Assembly (NCBI GenBank): GCA_963803975.1
Contig: CAWDOY010000037.1
Location: 1-61,021 of the forward strand
Direction: 5' to 3'
From: an uncultured delta proteobacterium
GTDB taxonomy: Bacteria; Desulfobacterota; WTBG01; CAIYCZ01
DNA length: 61,021 nt
A program made the translations under genes and the position numbers. A model generated the notes under the pieces. The model was given only the letters and a program-made list of their open reading frames with translations, made no database searches and was not told the DNA's origin. Shown in pieces: positions 11,226 through 20,901 of the stretch. How positions within the stretch are numbered: position 1 is the stretch's first letter; each line of letters opens with the position of its first letter.

Positions 11226-11967
11226 ATGATAATACTTATAACAAATGATGACGGTATAAATTCTCCGGGACTCAGGTCTTTAGAGAAAGCTTTACAAGAC
11301 ATAGGACAGGTCTGGGTTGTTGCTCCAGACAGAGAGCGGAACGCTATCGGTCGTGCTCTCACGCTGCATCGTCCTCTCAGAGTGGAAAAGATATCTGCCC
11401 GCCGTTTTGCAGTCAATGGCACGCCGAGCGATTGCGTCAACCTTGCCATCAATGGACTGCTGCCTGCAAAACCCTCACTTGCTTGTCTCAGGAATAAACA
11501 AAGGGGCTAACCTTGGGGACGATGTCTCATACTCAGGCACAATTTCTGCGGCTTTTGAAGCAACGTTACTGGGAGTGCCTGCATTTGCCATATCCCTGGC
11601 AGCGCGAAGCAACTTTAAATTTCAGCCCGCAGCCCTGTTTGCGAAAAAACTGGCTCAACGGGTATTACGCTATGGCCTTCCCTCTGATACATTCCTTAAT
11701 GTTAATGTGCCGGATACCAAAGGCAGGGAAATCAGAACCTGTAGAATTACCCGACAGGGTAAAAGTATTTATGATAATTCGGTCATAGAAAAAGTAGATC
11801 CCCGGGGTGGTAAATATTACTGGATTGGCGGAAATGAAATAAAATTTCAACAGGTTGATGAATCAGATTTTCAGGCAATATCTCATTGTGTCATTTCCAT
11901 AACACCACTGAAGACTGATCACACCAATTATGCTTTTATCGATACACTTAAAAAATGGAAAATATGA
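11226..11967 (+). CDS. surE: 5'/3'-nucleotidase SurE (frameshift near 11480)
   Basis: ILITNDDG, VVAP, NGTPSDCV, SGINKGANLG, YSGT, DPRG..YYW. Confidence 0.95.
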
Positions 11968-11986
11968 CCAGCACTGGTGAGTTTCT

Positions 11987-12445
11987 ATGATCCAGATTGG
12001 GGTTATTGGCGCAGGAGAATGCTCGGCTGCAGGTTCAGCACATGCCTATGAAGTTGGCTCGTTGATCGCGCAGCATAAAGCTGTGCTCATTTGTGGCGGA
12101 CTGGGAGGTATCATGGAAAGTGCTGCCAGGGGTGCCAAGGATGCCGGAGGCCTGACCGTGGGAATTTTGCCTGGTTTTGAATCCGATGAAGCAAATCACT
12201 ATATTGATATACCGATAGTAACCGGTCTTAGCCATGCGCGCAACATTCTGGTCGTACGCTCCTCAACGGTTTTGATAGCTATTGAGGGAGGGTATGGAAC
12301 TCTTTCAGAGATAGCCATAGCACTGAAACTGGGGAAACCGGTGGTGGGACTTAACACCTGGAAGGTTGATCCCCGTGTCATCCAGGTAAAAACAGCCCGC
12401 GAAGCTGTTGAAAAGGCTCTATCACTCATTCAAAATAAAGTTTAA
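11987..12445 (+). CDS. TIGR00725 / LOG-like Rossmann-fold protein
   Basis: IGVIG, CGGLGGIME, TVGILP, ARN, GGYGTLSEIAIA. Confidence 0.85.
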   Translation: MIQIGVIGAGECSAAGSAHAYEVGSLIAQHKAVLICGGLGGIMESAARGAKDAGGLTVGILPGFESDEANHYIDIPIVTGLSHARNILVVRSSTVLIAIEGGYGTLSEIAIALKLGKPVVGLNTWKVDPRVIQVKTAREAVEKALSLIQNKV

Positions 12446-13163
12446 TTGAACATGCAATTTGTTGTGCTACGGTTAAAACTTTCATTCATTATCCTTTTCC
12501 TTTTGAGCTTTCTGGCTTGTGTTTCCAGAGTCACTCCCCCTGCCCCTCTCCCGCCGCCTACGAATAAGTCTGAGGGACTTTACCATATCATTGGGAAAAA
12601 CGAGACCCTGTGGCGGATATGCAAAACCTATAAAGTAAGCATCCAGGAGGTAGCAGAGCTGAATAATATTAAAAATCCTGCCCGTGATAAAAGTCGGTGA
12701 TAAGATTTTTATTCCCGGAGCCAGGCAGCAGCTCACAGTAAAAGCATCACAGCAGGATGGTGAAGGAACAACTCCGGGGATTGTCATGAAAAAGGGGATT
12801 TTTATCTGGCCGGTGAAAGGGCCGGTTATTACTCAGTTCGGGATTGACAATGGATTTAAAAATGACGGGATTGATATTGCCGTCGCTCCCGGCACCTCAG
12901 TGGTGGCTGCTTATGACGGTCAGGTGGTTTTTTCTTCGGATCTCAAGGGCTATGGAAAGACTATAATCATTCAGCACCGGGATAAATACGCAACCGTGTA
13001 TGCCAACAATAAGACCAATCTGGCAAAAAAAGGTGCTGCGGTGAAGACGCGGCAGGTGATTGCAACTACGGGCGGCTCTGGGGAAGGCACCAGAGCACCG
13101 CATCTTCACTTCCAGATACGCGAGAAAAATCAGGCGCGAAATCCCCTGTTTTATCTGCCCTGA
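12446..13163 (+). CDS. nlpD: LysM + M23 peptidase lipoprotein (NlpD-like), frameshift near 12685
   Basis: Lipobox FLAC; LysM HIIGKNETLWRI; WPVKG, GIDI, PHLHFQIR; downstream of surE as usual. Confidence 0.85.
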
Positions 13164-13167
13164 TTTC

Positions 13168-13207
13168 CAGTGCAGCTCCCCGCCAAAGCGGAGCTTTCAC
13201 TGATTTT
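13168..13207 (+). terminator. Putative intrinsic terminator
   Basis: CAGTG-AGCTCC...GGAGCT-CACTG hairpin followed by ATTTT just after the nlpD stop. Confidence 0.55.
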
Positions 13208-13281
13208 ACTTTCAATATGTGGATACCTGCTCTTTTGACCCCGCTTATTCTGAAAGCGTTCAAGACGCGGCATGCGCCCGG

Positions 13282-13630
13282 TCAATCCTGCGGGTTACAT
13301 GTTTGCATTTTTTCTTTTTTTGCGGCCAGAAGCAGTTCCACATCCGCCGCTACAAACAACACCTCTCCCCCGATAGTATGCCGTAACCAGAGCGCCGTCG
13401 ATAAATGAATGCTGTCTGCACCGCGTAATGCATATTTTTCTATTATACCGTCTATCAATGCAATGATCTCTTTATGTATCTCAATAATGGTAAAGGATTG
13501 CCAAACTGCCTTGAATTGTCTTTTAATCCGTTCAAAATCAGTTATTTTAATATCTCCGGCCTTATGTCGGCGCAATGATAGAAATTGCCTGCGCCTGCGG
13601 CTTGCAATGACATGCTTACATAGCTTTCTG
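13282..13630 (-). pseudogene. 5'-truncated PIN-domain (VapC-like) toxin remnant
   Basis: LRGADSIHLSTAL and FVAADVELLLAAKKE present; N-terminal D-T-S-A motif and antitoxin absent; ORF-track start lies inside a dispersed repeat. Confidence 0.7.
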
Positions 13631-13631
13631 A

Positions 13632-13661
13632 AATCCTGATAATCAGCGCTCATCTGCGTCC
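13632..13661. repeat. 30-bp dispersed repeat, copy 1
   Basis: AATCCTGATAATCAGCGCTCATCTGCGTCC; matches 47757-47786 and the reverse complement of 55332-55361. Confidence 0.8.
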
Positions 13662-13685
13662 TAACATATTATTCCGGTGTTGTTT

Positions 13686-14603
13686 TTACGTCTGATAAAA
13701 CTTTATCCCCCGGTGGATCACCTCTTTTATCCGCTGCTCCTTCAGGAGTATTTCTATATGTGTTGCAGCGACGGATTCATGTAACCCCAGGGATGAGCTG
13801 ATATCACTCATTGCACAGGGGCGCCGCTTGATGAGCTGTATAATTGCTCCCTTGATGTCATCTACGACAGCATTATGACGGTCGCTGCGAAATTCTTCGA
13901 TTATTTCCGCTTTTTCACCAAAAAGGACTTTTGCGAGTTCAAGTGTCTCCATGAGGGCCGGTTCTATGTTACGCTCTGCTGCGGGACGGAAAACAGAGTT
14001 TATCTGTATTTTATCCGGGCTGATGTCCTGGATGGCGGCAGCAATTTTTTTCAGTTCATCCATTGAATCATTTATTCCTTTTACAATCATCACTTCAAGC
14101 CAGAGCTGCCCGCGAAATTCCTTCCTCAATAATTTCAAGCCTTCTACCATCTGCTCTACCGTCAAATCCGGGTGAGGACGGTTAAGCCGGGCAAACACGT
14201 CAGGGCTTACCGCGTCAAGGGAAGGCACAATGACGTTGGCCTCAATGACATCGCGCCGTACTTCGGGCAGATGGAACAGCGTACCGTTGGTTAATACTGC
14301 CACCGGAGTTGACGTCATGTCTTTGATGCGGCCTATCATCTCTCCCAGCGCAGAATTGAGCGTTGGCTCGCCGGAACCGGAAAAAGTTATAAAATCAATC
14401 TTTTCCTCCTTAGCAAGGATACTTCTCAAATCATCAAGAATTGCCTGAGGCGCGATCCATTGCTTGCGCTCCAGGGTTTTCACGGAGGTCCTGCCAACCT
14501 GGCAATAGACACAGTTGAGCGTGCACACTTTAAAAGGTACCGCATCAATACCGAGCGAATAGCCAAGTCTGCGGGATGGCACCGGGCCGAAAATATGACT
14601 CAT
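13686..14603 (-). CDS. Radical SAM protein (COG0731, TYW1-related Fe-S oxidoreductase) with C-terminal HTH-like region
   Basis: MSHIFGPVPSRRLGYSLG, CTLNCVYC, FSGSGEPTL; AGGAGG RBS before ATG 14603. Confidence 0.88.
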   Translation of the reverse strand: MSHIFGPVPSRRLGYSLGIDAVPFKVCTLNCVYCQVGRTSVKTLERKQWIAPQAILDDLRSILAKEEKIDFITFSGSGEPTLNSALGEMIGRIKDMTSTPVAVLTNGTLFHLPEVRRDVIEANVIVPSLDAVSPDVFARLNRPHPDLTVEQMVEGLKLLRKEFRGQLWLEVMIVKGINDSMDELKKIAAAIQDISPDKIQINSVFRPAAERNIEPALMETLELAKVLFGEKAEIIEEFRSDRHNAVVDDIKGAIIQLIKRRPCAMSDISSSLGLHESVAATHIEILLKEQRIKEVIHRGIKFYQT

Positions 14604-14627
14604 GGGTAGCCTCCTGTGCAAGAAAGA

Positions 14628-14723
14628 TGTCAGAAGACAGAATACAGAGGGCAGACAGCGGATGATGAGATTACCTGCTTGTTTCATCTTTTCTATTTTC
14701 TGTCTCTGTTGTCTGTTTTTTCT
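14628..14723. repeat. Heptamer-periodic inverted repeat
   Basis: CAGAAGA CAGAATA CAGAGGG CAGA ... TCTATTT TCTGTCT CTGTTGT CTGTTTT. Confidence 0.6.
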
Positions 14724-15280
14724 CTTCTTGCTTCTGCGTTTTACTTCTCTCATAAATCTCTCTTTTATGTCAACTGGTGTATGTGGAATAATAGGGACCT
14801 CTTCAGTTTTAGTATCTGTTTCCGCTATGACGATCAAGCTCTGTTTTAGAAAATAATTGCATTGTCCTGCGCAATGCAGCAATGGTTTTAACTCTCCTGA
14901 CTGTCAGATTACCAGCACCTTGCGCAATTTTCATTAAATCTGTCTTACCGGCAGTAGCAGGTGGGCTGGTTGCCGGTACTGCCGTACACTTTATTATCCG
15001 CAATGATGAGACAGTAATTGGCAGGTGCATAGCGGGCAATCGTGGCAAGGCTGCCCAGATTCATTAAAACTGAACCATCGCCATCTATCACATAGACTCT
15101 TCTTTTCTGACTGCACGCAAGCCCCAGCCCGATTGAACTGGCAAGCCCCATGGAACCGAGCATGTAAAAATTCCGCGAGCTGTCCTGCAGCATGTACAGC
15201 TCGCGGCTGGGAATGCCGACATTAACCACGATAAGTCCGTCACAGCGGGCAATCTCCCGAATAACCTCACTTCGTCTCAT
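14700..15280 (-). CDS. comE: Sulfopyruvate decarboxylase beta subunit (2 frameshifts; 3' end uncertain)
   Basis: [33 protein letters not shown] motif GDGSVLMN...DN..YGSTGNQ, later TDLMKIA and IKERFM. Confidence 0.85.
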
Positions 15281-15776
15281 CCCAGAGTCCTCGTGACAAA
15301 AATGCAGCATTGATTTGAGATTTTTTATAAGTTTCTTTTATACAGCGGGCAAGCCTGGGGAAGTCGCGTGAAGAGCGAATATATATATAATTGATATCCA
15401 GTGTTTCAAGCAGGCGCGGCGCAGCCTCTCCCATGGGGATTTGTGCTGATATTTTTTCTCCCGGACTTCCCCGGTGGCTCATAAGGAGGAATAGCGGCAG
15501 CTTATACAGGCGGGTGAGAGACATGAGCGCGTTGATGGTATTTCCCAGACCGGAATTTTGCATGAGCAGAAGCGGCTTTTTACCGGCAAGCGCTGCCCCT
15601 GCAGCAATTCCCACACCCTCTTCTTCCCGGCAGACCGGGATGTGCTGCACCGGGTGCTGCTCAATTTCCCTGAGCAGCCCTGCAAGCATGTTACAGGGCA
15701 GGCTCAGAATCGGCGCTATGCCTTCTTTGAGCAGCAGTTTGACAATAGCGCTATCTGCCGGATGAGGCTGCCGCAT
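15267..15776 (-). CDS. comD: Sulfopyruvate decarboxylase alpha subunit
   Basis: [42 protein letters not shown]; overlaps comB stop and comE start. Confidence 0.88.
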   Translation of the reverse strand: MRQPHPADSAIVKLLLKEGIAPILSLPCNMLAGLLREIEQHPVQHIPVCREEEGVGIAAGAALAGKKPLLLMQNSGLGNTINALMSLTRLYKLPLFLLMSHRGSPGEKISAQIPMGEAAPRLLETLDINYIYIRSSRDFPRLARCIKETYKKSQINAAFLSRGLWDETK

Positions 15777-16414
15777 TCCTGATCGTTTTCCCGTCATAAT
15801 AAGGAATTATATCATATATATTAACCCGGGCAATAAAATCAACATCGTCGTGGAATCCTATGGTGTGGAGATGCCGGGCGGCGGATGATTCCTGAATAAA
15901 ATGGGTGATCAGCTGCTCATCAAAGGGAGCATGCAGGAGACGCGCATGCAGCGCTATGGCAACGGCAAGATCTTCGGCAACACCGTGTTCTCCGCCAACG
16001 GCAATAATAGCGACATCTTTCCCCATGACCTGCGCGGCCACTGCCCTGAGATTGAGGCTTGAGCAGATCCATGCCCGGGGAAGTTTGAGAAGGAGCGGAA
16101 CCATGTTGCTTGTTTTAAACGCCATACGTTTAAACGGCTTCTGTTTCATCCGCTGCAGAAGTTCAACCGGGGAGTTCCCCAGGTCATAACCGGAAAGTTT
16201 TACTCCGCCGGCCTCACCGGCAATGACCATGCCCTGGTCTCTGAAAGTAAAACGCTTCCTCATCACGTGCCACGGGGGTTATTTCCTCAACGCCGCATGA
16301 CAGGGCAGTCACAATAGTGCTTGAAGCTCTAAGGTTATCAATGACAACCGGAGTTTCTGCCGGCAAAAGCTTATCAGCAGCTTCTCTGCCGATGCTTATT
16401 CTACAGCTTCCCAA
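15751..16414 (-). CDS. comB: 2-phosphosulfolactate phosphatase (frameshift near 16250)
   Basis: VVIDNLRASSTIVTAL, AGE.GG....YDLGNSP, TSN, ED; overlaps comA stop. Confidence 0.88.
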
Positions 16415-17174
16415 ACGTGTCTCCCCGAATGCCCCGCCTGAGCGTCTCCAGCGGGATCACATCATCAGGCCTGATATTGCCCAGATTTACATCAGGTCCG
16501 AAATGGAGAACGAGATAGGTCTGCTGACTTTTCTCAGGAGCTTCAAACATAATCTTTTCGCTGCCTATCTCCCGCACCAGCGACTGTGCAATATCTTCCT
16601 TAACGCCCCCGGTATCATCATAAATGCCCAGGCTTTTCCCGGCCTCGCGCGCTTCAATTATCACGCGTGATGCTCCGGCACTGAGGTCACTTCGTGCTTC
16701 TGCAATGCGCTCCTGAAGCGACAGTTTGTTGTCCTCGAGCGGTTCTTTTTTGCCTACTTCAGAAATCACGGTGAACCCCTTTTCCCGGGCGCACCTGATT
16801 GCCTCTGCTTTCTGTTCAGCGCTCAAGGAAATAACCCCGTTTGAGATCTCAATCAGATTAAAACCAATGTCACGGGCATAATTATAAAATGCTTCGGTTT
16901 TACTCTGCTGGTAGGCAATTTCGAAAAATGTCCCGCCGTTGCATACGGCAATATCATGTTTTTTGTAAAGGCTCACTTTATTGCGAATGAACTTCTCTGA
17001 AAACAACCGGGGCGTGCCCCAGCCCAGTTTTATGATGTCTATATACGGTGCTGCCTCCATAAGGTCTTCGGCCTGATGCAGTCCCAGCCCTTTATCAAGC
17101 ACCATGGTAAGCCCCTTGGCTCGCGGTTTCTCAGAACGCGCCAGAAGGTCTATTATCTCAAAAGCCTTTTTCAC
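16401..17174 (-). CDS. comA: Phosphosulfolactate synthase
   Basis: GLTMVLDKG, IKLGWGT, GGT.FE, IEISNG, SEVGKK, IEARE, FEAP, VNLGNI, LETLRRGIRGDTFG; intact, GTG start with GAGG RBS. Confidence 0.95.
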   Translation of the reverse strand: MKKAFEIIDLLARSEKPRAKGLTMVLDKGLGLHQAEDLMEAAPYIDIIKLGWGTPRLFSEKFIRNKVSLYKKHDIAVCNGGTFFEIAYQQSKTEAFYNYARDIGFNLIEISNGVISLSAEQKAEAIRCAREKGFTVISEVGKKEPLEDNKLSLQERIAEARSDLSAGASRVIIEAREAGKSLGIYDDTGGVKEDIAQSLVREIGSEKIMFEAPEKSQQTYLVLHFGPDVNLGNIRPDDVIPLETLRRGIRGDTFGKL

Positions 17175-17209
17175 GTTTTATCCTCGTTACTCTTCGGGAT
17201 ACAGTCTCC

Positions 17210-17288
17210 GTGAAATGTGGAAAGTGTAAAGTGAAAGGTAGTTGATGGTGATCTTTTCACTGTGCCCTTTTCACCTTTCACCTTTTAC
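17210..17288. repeat. Heptamer-periodic inverted repeat
   Basis: GTGAAAT GTGGAAA GTGTAAA GTGAAAG ... TTTTCAC ... TTTTCAC CTTTCAC CTTTTAC between queH and comA. Confidence 0.7.
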
Positions 17289-17830
17289 TAAACAGGCACC
17301 CGCAGTATTTCTGCCGATACAGTCCATACTGTCTGCTCAATTCACAGCTTTTGCGGTATCCGTTGTCCTGTTTGAAATCTTCGGCAAGAAAATGAATATT
17401 ATATTTTTTCGCCGCTTCGCTGCCCGATACGGTTGACAGCCTGCGTGTCCTTATGCGGGCTGATGCTCAGGGTTGTGCTAAATGCTTTAAAACCATGCTC
17501 TACCGCAACCAGGGCTGTTTTTTGCAGGCGCATGGCAAAGCAGACTTCGCAGCGCTTCCCCCCCTCTGGTTGCTCCTCTAAGCCGGCTACCAGCTCCAGC
17601 CATTCCTGGTTGTCATAACGGCCGCTGATAAGTTCAATATCCCTGATGCGGCAGAACGTTTCCAGTGCTGTGAGGCGATTCAGGTATTCTTCTTCCGGCT
17701 GGATATTGGGATTATAAAAAAATGCCGTTACCCGGTAATCCCGCGAGAGCAGTTCGATAACCTGTGTTGCGCAGGGACCGCAGCAGGCGTGAAGAAGCAG
17801 CTTCTCCGTGTTAATCTCGGCTGAGCACAT
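17278..17830 (-). CDS. queH: Epoxyqueuosine reductase QueH (DUF208), frameshift near 17405
   Basis: LLLHACCGPC, FYNPNIQP, EGGKRCEVC, STTLSISPHK; C-terminus LYRQKYCGCLFS in another frame. Confidence 0.92.
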
Positions 17831-17879
17831 TATTAAATGAGTTACCTAAACCCTCTCCCCTCTTCCTCCGGGGCAGTGG

Positions 17880-18811
17880 CTATATGAACATCATGCGGCC
17901 GGCCAGATTCCGGTATTTAAAAATCTTCATGCCCGCCAGCATCGGCTCCAGGTGCATCTGAAAAGCCTGTGAGATCTCTGCATGAGCGGCAAAACCGCAC
18001 AGCGCACAATTAACCGCACCGCGGTTTTTCACGTAGCAGCCCGTATTGATTTGTCCATCAGGCTCAACGTTCGCAATCATCCAGTCCTCACATCGCCAGC
18101 TGTTATTCCGCAACGCCTCAAGACATGTCCCTGAATTTAAAATAGGATACCCTTGCCGTTTCAGCTGCAGCAACTGGGATAATACGTTATTTTTCTGCTC
18201 CGATGAAAGGCACAGGGCTGTGTCGCCATCATACGGATAATGGAACTGTATGGTAAAGCCCTTTACCCTGGAGGAGAAATATTTTACCAGGTCGCAATAT
18301 TCTGATGATTGATGGTGTTAATGGTTATATTTGCCAGCACGTTCGGATGCGGAGACTGTTCTATATGCTGCACAATACGTTCGAATGCTGCGACCCCGTA
18401 TCTGCGCATGAGCATCCTTGAGGCCATCAATACTTACCCAGAGGACATCGGTTGGGATGTCAAGAGGGAATGTCCCATTGGTGACCAGGCCGACACTGAA
18501 AAAATATTTTTTTGCCTCCCTCACCACATCGTAGATGGTTTGGCATGATCTTTCCAGAGAAATGGTTCGCCACCCTCAAGAATAAGAATGCGCACGCCCT
18601 TATCCTGCAGGGTTTTAAAAATAGGTGACGATTGTTTCAAAGGGTAATCGGCGTGGGTTCTGGCTTTCGACCAGAATGGGCAGTGCCGGCAGCGGAAATT
18701 GCACTCGTGGGTAATTTTAAAACCTGCGAGAATTGGCCTCCGCCTGCCAAAAACCCTGCACTGAACATAGTAATCAAAAAAATATGCAGGCCAGAAATTT
18801 TTTAAAATCAC
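17880..18811 (-). CDS. Radical SAM protein with Cys-rich C-terminal domain (several frameshifts)
   Basis: CNFRCRHC, EGGEP, VTNG, VSIDG; C-terminal RCEDW...GCY...NCALCG. Confidence 0.82.
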
Positions 18812-18820
18812 CTATAAGAC

Positions 18821-18907
18821 CTATCTCCGCTTACCCCTGCCTATTCTTTTAACCTTCTTCTTTCGTTTTTTTCTTCTGCTTGACTGCTGTCTGCTGATCT
18901 TTCCCAT
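18821..18907 (-). CDS. 28-aa highly basic small protein (below ORF-track threshold)
   Basis: AGGAGG-aagc-ATG; MGKISRQQSSRRKKRKKKVKRIGRGKRR*; stop lies 9 nt before the radical SAM start. Confidence 0.6.
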   Translation of the reverse strand: MGKISRQQSSRRKKRKKKVKRIGRGKRR

Positions 18908-19142
18908 GCTTCCTCCTGTAATTGTTTAACCGCAGAGAACCCGGCGAACTTATCTGCTTTCAAGGAGACGTTGCATCTGCTGTTTATTAAGTGTAGTAAC
19001 GTATCGCATTTTCTGATTGTTTTCAACTTTTTTCTTCTGCACTGTTTTCTTCGCAATCTGTTTTCATAGTCAGCATTAATCTCAGGTGTGTTATATAATG
19101 ATAAATCTATGTTTATGTACATAATCTGTTAAAGAGACCGCC

Positions 19143-20060
19143 ATGAACGCACGATTTCTCGAAATTGAGATAACCGGAAACTGCCTGTATCAATGCAGAC
19201 ACTGCTATGGTGATTTCCCCGTAGAAGGGCGAACTCTCTCTGGCAGACGGTCCGGAACGTCATTGAAGAGGCCAAAGCGGCTGTTTGACTGCCTGATATT
19301 TTCTGGCGGCGAACCGTTTCTTCATCCCGACCTCCCTGCTATGGTTCAGGAAGCTGCAAAAGATTTTCTGGTCTTTATCACAACATCCGGTTATCCGGTC
19401 TCTGATGAAGCACTGCAGGCGATTAAGCACAAATCAATTCTGGTATTTGGCCTTGATGGCATTGGCGAAACCCACGACAGCTACCGCGGTTATCCGGGAG
19501 CCTATAAGAATCTTCTGCAGACGCTGGATAGAACGCGCGACATGCCAAAAGAAATAATTGTTACCTTGTGGAAGGGAGTGCTGCCGCAGATTGATGCAAT
19601 TATAGAATTGAGTGCCCGCTATAATGCCATCGTGCACTTCAACGGGTTGATTCCTGTTGGCAGGGCGAAGCAATCTCCTGATATCCTGCCTGATGTGCAT
19701 GAACTGCGAGAAGGTGCAAAGAAAGCTGCATCAGCTCAAAATGCGGGAGGGTTCAATCGTTACTGATTTGCATGAGGTGACTGAAAAAGATAAACAGGAG
19801 GGAATTGATCTTTTCTGTCGCGGCAGGTTTAACATCACCCCGCGGGGAGATGTGCGACCCTGTGAATTTCATACTGCGGTGCTGGGTAATATTTATACAT
19901 GAGTCTTTAAAAGATATAATTCTTCGTTCCCAGCAGTGTTTTTTAATGCGACAGAGAGAACAGGGATTCAAGGACCATATACCGGCTCGACTTTAGCAAA
20001 TCCCTTTGATTATCATACATCCATCTGCCATACGGCTTCCGCTGCGGCCAGTGAGGGCGC
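19143..20060 (+). CDS. Radical SAM protein with Twitch/SPASM-like domain (frameshifted; 3' end approximate)
   Basis: CLYQCRHC, FSGGEPFLHPD, GLDG...HD..RG; C...FNITPRGDVRPCEF. Confidence 0.82.
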
Positions 20061-20098
20061 ATCCCTCGTTCTGAAAATCGCTGTGCCTCTATCTGCCA

Positions 20099-20811
20099 TC
20101 ATGTATTTGAAGCTTGCAGCCGGCCCTGCAGCACCCAGTTTCCCAGCGATGCAATCTGTTCATTTAACGCCCGAATGCGTCCGCCCATGATACGCAGCAG
20201 CCGGTTATTCATCTTTAGTGCAATCTTCGGATTTTCTTCAAGTAATGCGTCATACTCTTCCTCGCCGATTTCTAATACCTTTGGATGACTCTATGCTGAT
20301 GACCGAAGCGCACGGCGGGAGGTTATCAAAAAAGGACATCTCACCATAGGCTTCGCCGTCGCTCATCGTGGTAATAATTTTATTCTCTATGCCAGAGATT
20401 GCTTTTACAATTTTGAATTGACCTGAATATATTATACTCAGAGTTCTTTTGTCCAGGCTCCCCTCCGCCAGGACAGTTTCCCCTTCCGCGTATTCTTTCA
20501 AGTGACATTGGGACAGATATTTTCTCTATTTCCTCATCGCTGAATTCACTGAAAAATTCCAGCCCCTTCACATCGCCGACGCGCACCGTATGATTTGCCG
20601 CTGTTTTTTTTCTCTGCACTTCCTTTTCCCTGACAATCCCGTTAATCAGGGGGCAGAAATTAAACACACCGGTTATAAATGCATAGAGTCCGACAATAAT
20701 GGCGACCACCCTGCTGAGAGTTTCAAGATTCCCTATCGTAGTTCCGAGAACAATCAGCACAAATCCCCCCATAATACGCATGCCTCTGTCCATTGAATAT
20801 CTGCCCTGCAT
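20099..20811 (-). CDS. DUF2892 (YgaP-like TM) + cyclic-nucleotide-binding domain protein, copy 1 (frameshifted)
   Basis: DRGMR...TGVFNFCPL; GEAYGEMSFFD..P..ASV; C-terminus RIRALNEQIASLGNWVLQ. Confidence 0.8.
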
Positions 20812-20853
20812 AGGAAAGCCCCCGTTGATAAATAGCAGCAAACGTAACCCGGT

Positions 20854-20888
20854 AAAAAAAGGGTGGGCTCTGCGGAGCCCACCCTTTT
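20854..20888 (-). terminator. Intrinsic terminator
   Basis: Perfect AAAAGGGTGGGCTC-TGCG-GAGCCCACCCTTTT hairpin with A7 run (U-tract on minus strand). Confidence 0.85.
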
Positions 20889-20901
20889 AGCCGGCTGTTG
20901 T

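Noticed and set aside
14700..15776. Phosphonopyruvate decarboxylase / phosphonate biosynthesis cluster
   Set aside because: No PEP mutase nearby; direct coupling to comA-comB favours sulfopyruvate decarboxylase.
18841..19122. 93-aa minus-strand ORF
   Set aside because: No RBS, spans an AT-rich divergent promoter; the internal AGGAGG-ATG 28-aa ORF in another frame is better supported.
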